NCBI GenBank assembly: GCA_046350055.1
Contig: JAXMBC010000001.1
Span: 1,214,660 to 1,278,659, forward strand
Reading direction: 5' to 3'
DNA from: Gemmatales bacterium
GTDB taxonomy: Bacteria; Planctomycetota; Planctomycetia; Gemmatales; HRBIN36
DNA: 64,000 bases
Shown here in pieces: positions 46,049-58,916 of the stretch; the first letter of the stretch is position 1; every line of letters starts with the position of its first letter. Both the position numbers and the translations under genes were made by a program. The notes beneath the pieces are model-generated. The model was not told where the DNA came from, made no database searches, and saw only the letters and a list, made by a program, of their open reading frames with translations.

Positions 46049-48826
46049 ATGGCACGTTACTCCATCGGCATCGATCTCGGCACCACCAACTGCGCCCTGG
46101 CTGCAGTGGAGATGGTCAAGCGCAAGCATGATGTGCTGCCGGTGCCCATCGAACAACTCGTTGCACCAGGAGAGGTGGCAACGAGACCGCTGTTGCCCTC
46201 CTTCCTCTACCTGCCCAGCGACCATGAACTGCCTGCCGGGGCGATGGTGTTGCCCTGGGATGCCGAGCGGAAGTATCTGGTGGGCGAAGCGGCTCGGAAC
46301 TGGGGGGCCAAGGTTGCCGGGCGGCTCGTCACTTCCGCCAAGAGCTGGCTCTGTCACGATGGTGTCGATCGCCAGGCTGCCATCCTGCCATGGGGCGGCC
46401 CGGCAGACGTGCCCAAGGTATCCGCCGTCGATGCCTCCACCCGTTATCTGCAGCACCTCGCGCAGGCATGGAACCACAGCCAGCGGAACGAGAAGACCCC
46501 GGCCCGTTTCGAAGAGCAGCAGATCACCCTCACCGTGCCAGCCTCGTTCGACGACGTCGCCCGGCAACTGACTGCCGAGGCAGCCCGTCGCGCAGGCTTC
46601 CTCCATGTCACCCTGCTCGAGGAACCGCAGGCGGCGTTCTATGCCTGGATCGCCCAGGCCGAGCGCGATCGCCGGCGCAAGCAACCGCTCGAAGAAGGCA
46701 TGACCTGTCTTGTCGCCGATGTCGGCGGTGGCACCACCGATTTCAGCCTGATCGACTGTGTCGCCGAGGATGGCAGTCTCGGCTTTGTGCGCCGGGCCGT
46801 AGGCGATCATCTGCTGCTCGGTGGCGACAACATGGATCTCGCCCTCGCCCATCGCATGGAAGAGAAGCTGGGCACCGGGCAACTTGATGCCGGGCGGTTC
46901 GCCCAGCTGGTGCAGGCCTGTCGGGCAGCAAAAGAAACGCTGCTGAGCGAAGGTGGTCCCAGCGAGTGCCCGGTCACGGTCGTGGGTCGGGGCCGGTCGG
47001 TGGTGGGAGCTGCGCTGACGACCACGCTCACTCGCCGCGAGGTGGAGGAGCACATCCTCGATGGCTTCTTCCCCCTGGTGCCCAGCGACAGCGAGCCGCA
47101 GCGGGCCAAGAGCGCCGGCATCCACGAGATGGGCCTGCCCTTCGTGAGCGATGCCGCCATCACCAGGCACCTCGCCAGCTTCCTCCGCCAGCACGAGGTG
47201 ACGCCCGAGAAGCCCCCGGCAGCCATCCTCTTCAACGGTGGCGTTTTCACTCCCACCATCCTGCGTGAACGCTTCCTCGCCGTGATGAAGCAGTGGTTTG
47301 GCTCCGAGTGGGAGCCCCTGGTGCTCAACACGCCATCGCTCGATCTGGCGGTAGCCATCGGGGCGGCTTACTTCGGCAGGCAGCGCGAATACGGCGGGCG
47401 GGCCATCGCCGGCGGTCTGGCCCGGTCGTACTACATCGCCATTGCCGATGCTGGTGACACGGCTACGTCACACCAGATGCTCTGCGTGGTGCCGCAGCAC
47501 ATGGAGGAAGGAAGCACCATTGATCTGGAGAAGCCGGTGCTGGAGCTGTCGCTGGGGCAGCCGGTGCAGTTTCCCCTCTACACTTCCACGGTGCGAGGCA
47601 AGGACAAGGCAGGCAAGCTGCTGTCGATCCCGGACAAGCACCTGCTCAAGCTCGCTCCATTGCAGACGGTACTCCGAGGCGGCAAACGAGCCGGCGTGAA
47701 GGGGGTCCCGGTGATGCTAACGAGCACACTGACACCGGTGGGCACGCTGGAACTCTCGCTGGTGGCGCAAAACAGCCCGCAGCGCTGGCGGCTCGAGTTC
47801 AACACCCGCGCGGTGGCAGGCAGTGCTGCGGAACCGGCCAGCGACGAGACGGAAACTGTCAGTCACCTAGATCAACCACCGGAACAGTCCTTCCCCGAAG
47901 ACCGCATCGAGTCGGCCCTCAGCGTCATGCGGGAAGTCTACTCTCATGCAAACGAAGACGCGGCCCGGCAACTCACCAAAGAGTGGGAACAACGGCTCGA
48001 GGCCAGCCGCCGCGATTGGCCCTCATCCCTCTGTCGCCGCCTGGCCGATGGGCTGATCGAGATCGCCGAGCAGCGTCGCCGGTCGCTGCCGCATCTGTCC
48101 CGGTGGTACAACCTCACGGGCTACTGCCTCCGGCCTGGCTATGGGGATAGTCGCGACCGCTTCCGCGTTGAGCAACTCTGGAAGCTGCTCTGTGCGCCGG
48201 GCAAGACCAGCGAAGGCGGCGCCGACTTCTGGATCCTCTGGCGACGCCTGAGTGGCGGCCTGACACCGAACTGGCAGATGACCCTGCTCGACCGCCTGCG
48301 TCCGGTGCTGCTCGCGGGCAAGAGCGCCATCAAGCCCAACAACAACGAGCTGGCAGAGATGTGGCGGGCCGCTGCAAGTCTGGAACGCCTCGAACCCAAA
48401 GTAAAGGGTCTGCTGGCAGAGCCACTGTTGAAGCAATACCGCCGACCGCCAGTGGCCCACTATGCCCCCTGGGCGCTGGCCCGTCTGGGTTCACGGGCCA
48501 TGCTCTATGCACCCATCAACCATGTAGTGAGTGCTGAGATGGTCAGCCCGTGGATTGAACAGCTGTTGCCCTATCAGCCAGTTCATGAATCGGACCGCAG
48601 AAGCTGGCAATGGACGCTGACAACCATGAGCCGGCGCATCGGCGTACGTGGTTTGGACATTGACGAAGGATTGCGGACAACAGTGTTAGCCACGCTCAAG
48701 CAGTATCACGCCCCGGAGCGCTATTTGCATCTGGTAGCCGAGTTGAGCACCCTGGAAAGGGAGGAAGAGCAACAGATGTTCGGGGATGAGCTGCCGCTGG
48801 GTCTCAAGGTGATGGCTACTGGTTGA
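46049..48826 (+). CDS. Hsp70-family ATPase with a long uncharacterised C-terminal extension
   Basis: It has MARYSIGIDLGTTNCALA and DVGGGTTDFSLI. The start was moved from the track position 45986. Confidence 0.75.
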   Translation: MARYSIGIDLGTTNCALAAVEMVKRKHDVLPVPIEQLVAPGEVATRPLLPSFLYLPSDHELPAGAMVLPWDAERKYLVGEAARNWGAKVAGRLVTSAKSWLCHDGVDRQAAILPWGGPADVPKVSAVDASTRYLQHLAQAWNHSQRNEKTPARFEEQQITLTVPASFDDVARQLTAEAARRAGFLHVTLLEEPQAAFYAWIAQAERDRRRKQPLEEGMTCLVADVGGGTTDFSLIDCVAEDGSLGFVRRAVGDHLLLGGDNMDLALAHRMEEKLGTGQLDAGRFAQLVQACRAAKETLLSEGGPSECPVTVVGRGRSVVGAALTTTLTRREVEEHILDGFFPLVPSDSEPQRAKSAGIHEMGLPFVSDAAITRHLASFLRQHEVTPEKPPAAILFNGGVFTPTILRERFLAVMKQWFGSEWEPLVLNTPSLDLAVAIGAAYFGRQREYGGRAIAGGLARSYYIAIADAGDTATSHQMLCVVPQHMEEGSTIDLEKPVLELSLGQPVQFPLYTSTVRGKDKAGKLLSIPDKHLLKLAPLQTVLRGGKRAGVKGVPVMLTSTLTPVGTLELSLVAQNSPQRWRLEFNTRAVAGSAAEPASDETETVSHLDQPPEQSFPEDRIESALSVMREVYSHANEDAARQLTKEWEQRLEASRRDWPSSLCRRLADGLIEIAEQRRRSLPHLSRWYNLTGYCLRPGYGDSRDRFRVEQLWKLLCAPGKTSEGGADFWILWRRLSGGLTPNWQMTLLDRLRPVLLAGKSAIKPNNNELAEMWRAAASLERLEPKVKGLLAEPLLKQYRRPPVAHYAPWALARLGSRAMLYAPINHVVSAEMVSPWIEQLLPYQPVHESDRRSWQWTLTTMSRRIGVRGLDIDEGLRTTVLATLKQYHAPERYLHLVAELSTLEREEEQQMFGDELPLGLKVMATG

Positions 48827-49006
48827 AGTTGGTCAACCTGTTTAACAACTACATGAGATTACTTGGCCTGAAGTATCACATTAGGTAACCTCTGCCGATT
48901 GCGCTCGACTCCGGCATATCCGCCACCCGGCCATGGTAATTTCTTCACAAGTTATACGTCTGTGTTGGTCGATGCCCCTACTGAGACTGTCTCCTCGGAC
49001 TTCCTC

Positions 49007-50377
49007 ATGCACCGCTGGCAAGGATGCCTGTTACTCCTCATCGCTGGGCCGTTATGGGCTCAGGAATGGCGTCCTGTCTCGCAAATACCGGCGGAGCCGA
49101 CTGCCCCTGTCATCAAACTGGGCAAGCCACGGCTGACTCGCAGCGAAACTCCCGAACTGGTAGCCCAGCCACTGCCTCGGGAATCCATCAAGTATCAATC
49201 CACTCGGTACAACGATCTGGCCAGCGTGCCCGAACCAGTCTTTGGCGGCCAGCCACTCAACCTGCTGCAAACCCGCTACCAGGGGCCGGGCAGTGCTGCC
49301 GAAGAAGCATTCAACTGCGGCCAGGTTCCCGGCTCAGGCGGCGGAGCAGCACCCCCTGCTGGAGCACCTGCTCCATACTACGGTCAGACTGCTCCTCCCC
49401 CCGGTGCTGCTCCGGGTGCCCCTGCACCGTACTACGGCCAGCCAGGGGCTCCTCCACCGGGCGCCCCGGCTTCCAGCACTACACCCTGGTATCAGCCCGT
49501 CAAAGACTGCTGGAACCGCATCTTCGGTGGCGGCAGTTCCAATAACGGCATACCTGGCACCTGGGATGCCCGCAGCGATCAGGGCTTCAAGGACTTCATT
49601 TCGCCCGTCAGCAACCCGACCTACTTCGAAGACCCCCGTTCGCTCACCGAGTTCCGCTTCATTGGCACCTACCAGAAATCGCCTGACGACAACATCCTGA
49701 TGGATGGCGGTCAGATCCTCGACTTCAACTTCCAGGGACGCATCAGCATCAATGACAACTGGTCGCTGACGTTGCAGCGGCTGGGCTTCTCCAACGTCAA
49801 ACCCGGCAGTGCTGCTCTCGGTGGCTACTCCGGCGGCACCGGGTTTAACGATCTGCAAATGGGCGTCAAGTACACCTTCCTGCGTGATACCCGCAGCGAA
49901 AGCCTGCTCGCTGCGGGCGTGAGCTTTGAGCTGCCCATCGGCAGCAGCAATGTCCTCTCGGGCAGTGGCACCGGCATCACCCCCTACCTGAGCTACGGCC
50001 AGGGCTTCATGGATAACTGGCACCTGCTTGCTGCAGGCGGTTACCGCTTCGGCATCTCCAGCGGCAGCAGCGACTTCCTCTTCCTCAGTGGCCACCTCGA
50101 TTATGGCTTCTTCAAGCGGTTCTATCCGCTCGTCGAAATGAACTGGTACTACTACACCGGCAACGGCGACCGCCAGCCAGTCGACTTTGAAGGTGGCGAT
50201 CTCAAGAATATCGGCGCCAGTGGCGTGGCAGGCAGAAGCCTCGTCACACTGGCCGGTGGCTTCCGCTTCAAGTTCAGCGAATCGCTCCAGGCCGGTATCA
50301 TCTACGAGATGCCTGTCGTCGGCACCGATATGCTGGAAAAGTACCGGGTGATGTTGGATTTCATCATTCGGTTCTAA
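49007..50377 (+). CDS. putative outer-membrane beta-barrel protein with a Pro/Gly/Ala-rich linker
   Basis: It has a signal peptide (MHRWQGCLLLLIAGPLWAQ) and an alternating-pattern C-terminal half ending ...LDFIIRF. Confidence 0.45.
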   Translation: MHRWQGCLLLLIAGPLWAQEWRPVSQIPAEPTAPVIKLGKPRLTRSETPELVAQPLPRESIKYQSTRYNDLASVPEPVFGGQPLNLLQTRYQGPGSAAEEAFNCGQVPGSGGGAAPPAGAPAPYYGQTAPPPGAAPGAPAPYYGQPGAPPPGAPASSTTPWYQPVKDCWNRIFGGGSSNNGIPGTWDARSDQGFKDFISPVSNPTYFEDPRSLTEFRFIGTYQKSPDDNILMDGGQILDFNFQGRISINDNWSLTLQRLGFSNVKPGSAALGGYSGGTGFNDLQMGVKYTFLRDTRSESLLAAGVSFELPIGSSNVLSGSGTGITPYLSYGQGFMDNWHLLAAGGYRFGISSGSSDFLFLSGHLDYGFFKRFYPLVEMNWYYYTGNGDRQPVDFEGGDLKNIGASGVAGRSLVTLAGGFRFKFSESLQAGIIYEMPVVGTDMLEKYRVMLDFIIRF

Positions 50378-50447
50378 GGTTGTAACGTCATTATTTAGAG
50401 CCTCACCAACGATTTGATGAGGCCATCACATTTAAAGTTTAGAGCGT

Positions 50448-50636
50448 TTATTTAGATTGCTGGCTAGATTCTTGCTGAGTAACCTTCAATTGCGAACTAA
50501 CTACTGGAGTTCGTGCAACGTTTACAGTGGGCTTTGCTGAGTTTTCCAATAGGTTCTGCTTCCACTCAGGCCAAGTTTGCACGACTCTCTGTGCAATCTC
50601 CTGTTGTCTCTTAAATTCGTCCCTGCTCATCATCAT
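50448..50636 (-). CDS. small hypothetical protein (62 aa), translationally coupled to the deaminase gene
   Basis: The sequence ATGATGATGA overlaps the deaminase stop codon. The gene lies in the AT-rich islet. Confidence 0.4.
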   Translation of the reverse strand: MMMSRDEFKRQQEIAQRVVQTWPEWKQNLLENSAKPTVNVARTPVVSSQLKVTQQESSQQSK

Positions 50637-51542
50637 GCCTCCTGTACTCCAAGCATTTCGGATTGGAGCTTACCAAAGAGTCTACAAGCATTTGCCTCAT
50701 CTTCCAGATATGAGGTGGGCTTCATTTGTATCCTCAGTCGTGATTTCTCGATAGTCCAATCAACTTTAGTGCCATCTGAGTTCTTCCTAACAATATCGTA
50801 ACTCGCTCCAAGGTTCATTGAGAATAAGTCGAAGAACCTTCGAGGACCAATTCCAACAAATGCGTCGAATTTAACCCTTGACGATTCTTCCGCTAATCCA
50901 GGTGGGCAGATTGCGTCTTCATGGAAGTCAAGGGCTTTGCTTTTTGGATATGGCTCGACATAAACAACCCGCTTAACCCCTGCTGCAATAATATGCTTAG
51001 CACAGTTGTGGCATGGAAAGGTCGTGCAGTACAATGTTGTACCTATGGTTGACAAACCGTTTCGTGAACAACAAAGAAGTGCCTCCATCTCGGCATGGAC
51101 TACTCTGCCGTACTCAGTCAAGTCACGAAGAGGACTTTCATCCAGCAAGCTCCTCACTTTTGCTTCATCTGCAGCAGGAATCGCAATCTTCAATCTTTCT
51201 ACGATGCGATCGATAATCTCAAGCTGTTCAGCTCTATTTGAATCACCGGCCTTTCGCATATAGTCTCTTCCATTCGGCGTGTCACATATTCTTCTAGTAG
51301 TCAGATCTCTATTGGGCCAATAAAGGCCACCCTGAGCCTTTGGGCAGTCATTTGCACCTGTTGACAATATCTGAGAATCTATTGTAACTACTGCTCCTAC
51401 CTGCCTCGACATATCAGCTGATCTTAACGCAGAAGCAAATGCCATAAACATTGCATGTTCATCGAAGGTTGGCGTGACATAAGGATCACCAAACCATAGC
51501 GATACTATTCTTGTAATATCATGTCTAAGTTGATCGCGATTA

Positions 51543-52389
51543 GGCCGTGTTGACATTGATCTAGCATAAGTTGGGGCAGAGCGGTAAACCAGTGAAGTCC
51601 AAGGAAGGATTTTCTGGAGAAAGATCATGCGACGATTCGAGCTCACGGATGAGCAGTGGGAGAAGATCAAGCACCTGCTGCCAGGCAAAGAAGGCGATTC
51701 AGGACGTACGGCCAAGGACAATCGACTCTTTATTGATGCTGTGTTGTGGACGGCCCGCACCGGTGCTCAGTGGCGTGATTTGCCTGCTCGCTTTGGTAAC
51801 TGGAACAGCATCTATCAGCGGTTCAATCGCTGGGCCAAGGCGGGGCGTTGGCAGGAAATCTTTGAGCGAATGCAAGATCCTGATCTGGAATGGCTGCTGA
51901 TCGATTCGACGATTGTCAGGGCCCACCAGCATGCAGCAGGAGCCCTGAAAAAAGGGGAGACCAAGCGTTGGGACGATCTCGGGGAGGACTGGGAACCAAG
52001 GTCCACATTGCCTGCGAAGGGCTTGGGTTGCCAGTTCGCTTCCTGCTAACTGGTGGCGAAGTGCATGATGTCACGCAGGCGTCAGCCTTGATCGATGGAA
52101 TCTCCGCGGAACAAGTCATCGCCGACAAGGGCTACGATAGCGATGCAGTCGTTGAGAAGATTGAGGAGCAAGGCGGTACGGCCATTATTCCTTCCAAGAG
52201 CAACCGCAAAATGCCTCGTCCCCATGACCGCGCGACCTATCAGGAACGGAATCGGATTGAGCGTTTGATCAATCGTCTGAAACAATGTCGCCGGATCGCG
52301 ACTCGCTACGACAAAACCAGTCGCAACTTCCTGGCATTCCTCTACTTAGCGGGCACCATGCTCTGGCTGGCGTAATTGTCAACACGGCC
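51543..52389 (+). mobile_element. IS5-family (IS427-like) insertion sequence, 847 bp
   Basis: The 13-bp terminal inverted repeats are perfect: GGCCGTGTTGACA (51543-51555) and TGTCAACACGGCC (52377-52389). They are flanked by a TA direct duplication (51541-51542 and 52390-52391). Confidence 0.85.
51627..52375 (+). CDS. IS5-family DDE transposase, made from two frames joined by a -1 frameshift at an A6G run
   Basis: OrfA reads MRRFELTDEQWEKIKHLLPG...IVRAHQHAAGALKK. The slippery run GAAAAAAG is at 51947-51954. The downstream frame reads GDQALGRSRGGLGTKVHIA...DKGYDSD...RNRIERLINRLKQCRRIATRYDK. Confidence 0.8.
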
Positions 52390-53064
52390 TAGATGATATC
52401 CTGACAAAAAAGTCTGCTAAATGAAATGTTTTGTTCACACGTTGGCCATGAACGACATTTGTTTCATCGCTATCACGAGCAATCAGGCTTCTTGCTTGAT
52501 CTTCGCTCATTCCTCGATCAGTCTGAAGGTGAACGAGCCGCCGAGACTCATCCGCATGAACCCCAATCAATACGAACCCATGTGGATAAATCCGGCGTAA
52601 TTGCGCAACCTCTTCTGGCCGTTTCAGCGAATTAATAATGTAGGCTGTTTTTGGGGATGGTTTGGATTGGTCATTCTCCTTGTCTCGCTTTGCAAAAATC
52701 ATCGATGCAGCACCTAGTGCTAATATTTCACATTTGCCACTTGCCTCCCTTGCACGATTACCCGCATCCATGAGGTTACTAATGCGCATAAACTGACATG
52801 AACCATGGTCAGGTACAGTACACAAAGTCGGAATAACCTCTTCGGATACTTTCATTGAAATGACATTGTAGCCCGCTAGGTTCAATCGCTCCTTCAGCAA
52901 TTCAGTAATCAAAGTAGTTTCAGTACCAACTGCACTAACCAAGCCAATAACAAGTTCGGAATCGAAATCTGTCGTCATGTTATCAATCCTTTTAGTGAAC
53001 ATTCCATAGTATATTTGCAAAAATGAAGTAATGCAAAAAAACATATGCATATTAACGGTTACTT

Positions 53065-56370
<3,306 letters not shown>

Positions 56371-56546
56371 CGTGTCTCAAGTCCTGGGTGCTGAGTCCTG
56401 AGTGCTAATCTGCAGTCCGTACGGGGAGGTGGGACTATGGCATGATTTACGGAATGATGGCGCATTATGTAGGGTACGCGGGGCATACCTCACAGAAGTG
56501 GTCTGGATGCAACCGGCCACTCACGTCAGCGCACGGAATGCGGTGG

Positions 56547-56775
56547 CACGGAAACGCGGTATGTCCGCTTTTCCGTGTGAGAGTTGCTGTTGTGGTACGT
56601 CCAGGCACGGAGGAGACGGAGTACAGTCACCTCCATGGCACCCCAGCTCCCCGGGCACCCCGGCTGCAACATCCGAGGGTAAGCGGGTGCCATGCTCACG
56701 GCACGATGCCGTGAGCATGAGGAGGGGGAAGAGACTTCGCGAACGGAGCCGTGGCACGGTACTTGGTACTCCAAG
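56547..56775. repeat. cluster of module-A-like hairpins in the carB/OLD intergenic region
   Basis: X1 is CACGGAAA-C-GCGG TATGT CCGC-T-TTTCCGTG (56547-56577). X2 is CGGGTGC|CATGCTCACGGCA CGA TGCCGTGAGCATG|AGGAGG (56684-56725). A third hairpin is CTTGG TACT CCAAG (56762-56775). GGCACCCC/GGGCACCCCGG occurs at 56637-56662. Confidence 0.6.
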
Positions 56776-56981
56776 TGCAGTGAAGCCACGCGAAGGTATC
56801 ACGTGATCTCAGCACTGCTTGTTGAGTACACAAAACAGTGCCACAGCATACAATCGAATTTCAAAGCAGTGCCACCAAGCCTGAGCATGCCGTGTGATTT
56901 GACGTGGCAAGCTATGATGAACCTTGGTAACTTCTTCTACATCTTTCATTAATAAGGCGATTCGCAGGGCTAGGACAAACA

Positions 56982-58769
56982 ATGAACACATTACACCGAT
57001 TTACTCGTATCGATTTCGAACGATTCAAGGCTTTCGAGAAATTCAGTATACACCTGCGTCATTTCAACATACTTGTGGGCCCAAATAACGCTGGGAAGTC
57101 TACCATCTTAACAGCCTTCCGTATCTTGGCGGCGGCAATGAGAAAGGCAGTTGTCCGAAGGCCTGAAGTAGTCATGGGCCCAAAGGGTGAAACATTAGGT
57201 TATCACGTTGACATAGGTGCCATATCCGTAAGTGAGGAGAACATCTTTTTTAATTATGATGACACTGAACCGGCATCCGTCAGATTTTCACTATCGAATG
57301 GCAGAAGGCTGGTACTCTATTTTCCAGCAGAAACAAGAAGATGTAATTTAATATGCGAAAGTAGTGATCGTTGTGACAATCCTACGGCCTTTAAGAAACA
57401 GTATAGTTGTTCAATTGGCTTTGTGCCTGTTTTGGGGCCCGTCGAACATTTCGAACCACTCTACGAGAAGGAAGCAGCACGTCAGGCACTATTCAACTAC
57501 CATGCAGCAAGGAACTTCAGAAATATCTGGTATCATTATCCGGAGCAATTTTCAATTTTCCGTGAAACACTTAATCGAACTTGGCCAGGCATGGATGTTA
57601 AGCCACCTGAGATTGAGCGTTCGTTAGCGAGGCCTCGGCTCGTTATGTTTTGCCCAGAGCAGAGAATCCCTCGCGAAATCTGCTGGTCTGGGTTTGGGTT
57701 TCAAGTTTGGTGTCAAATGTTGACTCATATTATTCAATCTAAAGAAGCGTCATTGTTTCTAATTGATGAGCCTGACATCTATTTGCATGCAGAACTACAA
57801 CGTCAACTACTTGTATTACTTCGCAATCTCGGCCCTGATATCCTTATCGCTACTCATTCTACAGAAATCATTACCGAGTCCGAGCCAGATGATATTGTGC
57901 TTATTAATAAGGAACGCAAAAGCGCACGGCGGCTTAAGAACCCTGCAGAATTATTCGAGGTATTTCATCTATTGGGATCGAATCTGAATCCAATACTAAC
58001 GCAACTTGCCAGAACTCGTAAGGCTGTATTTGTGGAGGGAAAAGACTTCCAGATACTTGGGCGATTTGCGCAAAAGCTGAAGAAATCAAAAACCAGTGTA
58101 CGTGGAGGATTTGCAGTGATCCCAGTAGAAGGATTTAACCCACAAAAGATCAAGAGCTTAAAACACGGGATGGAGACGACTTTAGGTGGCAAGATTCTTG
58201 GAGCAGCAATACTTGATAAAGACTATCGATCCAATGAAGAATGCAGTTCTATTGAAAAAGAAACTGCGTTGTTTTGCGATATCGTATCGATCCATAAACG
58301 CAAAGAGATTGAGAACTTTTTGCTAGTTCCTAGCGCCATTGATCGAGCTGCACAGCGTCGTGTCTCAGATCAAGCAGCCCGATCAGGTAAGAAGGTGGAA
58401 TATAATGCATGTGCGCAGAAAGTACTAGAACAGTTTGCTGCTGAAAAAAAAGAGGCTGTAATTGCCCAGTATCTTTCAGGTAGACGAGCATTCGAAAGAG
58501 CGCGAAGCACAGGCTCTCACGATGCAACTTTGAGTGAATCTGTATTGAAGGAGTGTGGACGTGCATGGCAATCTTTCGATTCTCAAATGCTTCTTGTACC
58601 TGGAAAAGAGGCTTTGAGCGCAGTCAACCAGCAATTACAGAAAGATTATGGAGTAAGCATCACGCCCACAGCTATTATCGAAGCAATGCGTGTTGATGAA
58701 GTACCTTCCGAAATGACAGTGCTTATCGAGACGATCGAGCAATTTGCAAATCGAAGTATTACTAACTAA
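56982..58769 (+). CDS. OLD-family ABC-ATPase / Toprim nuclease-like protein (class-1 OLD or fused PARIS-like architecture)
   Basis: It has Walker A GPNNAGKST, Walker B LIDEPDIYLH and an H-loop IATHS. The C-terminal half carries Toprim-like VFVEGKDF (Glu) and ILDKDY (DxD). The gene is AT-rich. Confidence 0.65.
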   Translation: MNTLHRFTRIDFERFKAFEKFSIHLRHFNILVGPNNAGKSTILTAFRILAAAMRKAVVRRPEVVMGPKGETLGYHVDIGAISVSEENIFFNYDDTEPASVRFSLSNGRRLVLYFPAETRRCNLICESSDRCDNPTAFKKQYSCSIGFVPVLGPVEHFEPLYEKEAARQALFNYHAARNFRNIWYHYPEQFSIFRETLNRTWPGMDVKPPEIERSLARPRLVMFCPEQRIPREICWSGFGFQVWCQMLTHIIQSKEASLFLIDEPDIYLHAELQRQLLVLLRNLGPDILIATHSTEIITESEPDDIVLINKERKSARRLKNPAELFEVFHLLGSNLNPILTQLARTRKAVFVEGKDFQILGRFAQKLKKSKTSVRGGFAVIPVEGFNPQKIKSLKHGMETTLGGKILGAAILDKDYRSNEECSSIEKETALFCDIVSIHKRKEIENFLLVPSAIDRAAQRRVSDQAARSGKKVEYNACAQKVLEQFAAEKKEAVIAQYLSGRRAFERARSTGSHDATLSESVLKECGRAWQSFDSQMLLVPGKEALSAVNQQLQKDYGVSITPTAIIEAMRVDEVPSEMTVLIETIEQFANRSITN

Positions 58770-58916
58770 GAGCAAGCTAGTTGCCCCGAACACTCCCCGC
58801 TTCCCACGCTGTAACAGGATTGTCCAGTACTCCGGATGACCCTGCAAGACCACCGCTTCATTCTACCACTCGGGAACCCGGCCAGGTGCCCGGTAGGATC
58901 ATGAGGTTGCTGTGCC

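Larger units (their letters stand above)
50633..52978 (-). pseudogene. anti-phage-type dCTP deaminase (kinase-like N-domain plus zinc deaminase C-domain), interrupted by an IS
   Basis: The N-fragment (52978-52390) reads MTTDFDSELVIGLVSAVGT...FHLADFFVRISS. The C-fragment (51540-50633) reads NRDQLRHDITR...VHAEMEAL...PCHNCAKHI. Removing the IS and one TA copy restores a single frame of about 498 codons. Confidence 0.7.

Noticed and set aside
51544-51760. The N-terminal part of track ORF 50633-51760 (MRAVHNTASIKSRLSLAVRPES...)
   Set aside because: This part is the antisense read-through into the IS5-family element. The genuine deaminase sequence begins at the IS boundary (51540) and continues from 52390 on the other side.
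56402-56806. ORFs of 87-134 aa in the carB/OLD intergenic region, and the possibility of tmRNA, RNase P or 6S RNA there
   Set aside because: The ORFs overlap each other on both strands and are dominated by perfect hairpins. None of the conserved boxes I know for tmRNA (tRNA-like 3' end), RNase P or SRP RNA is present.
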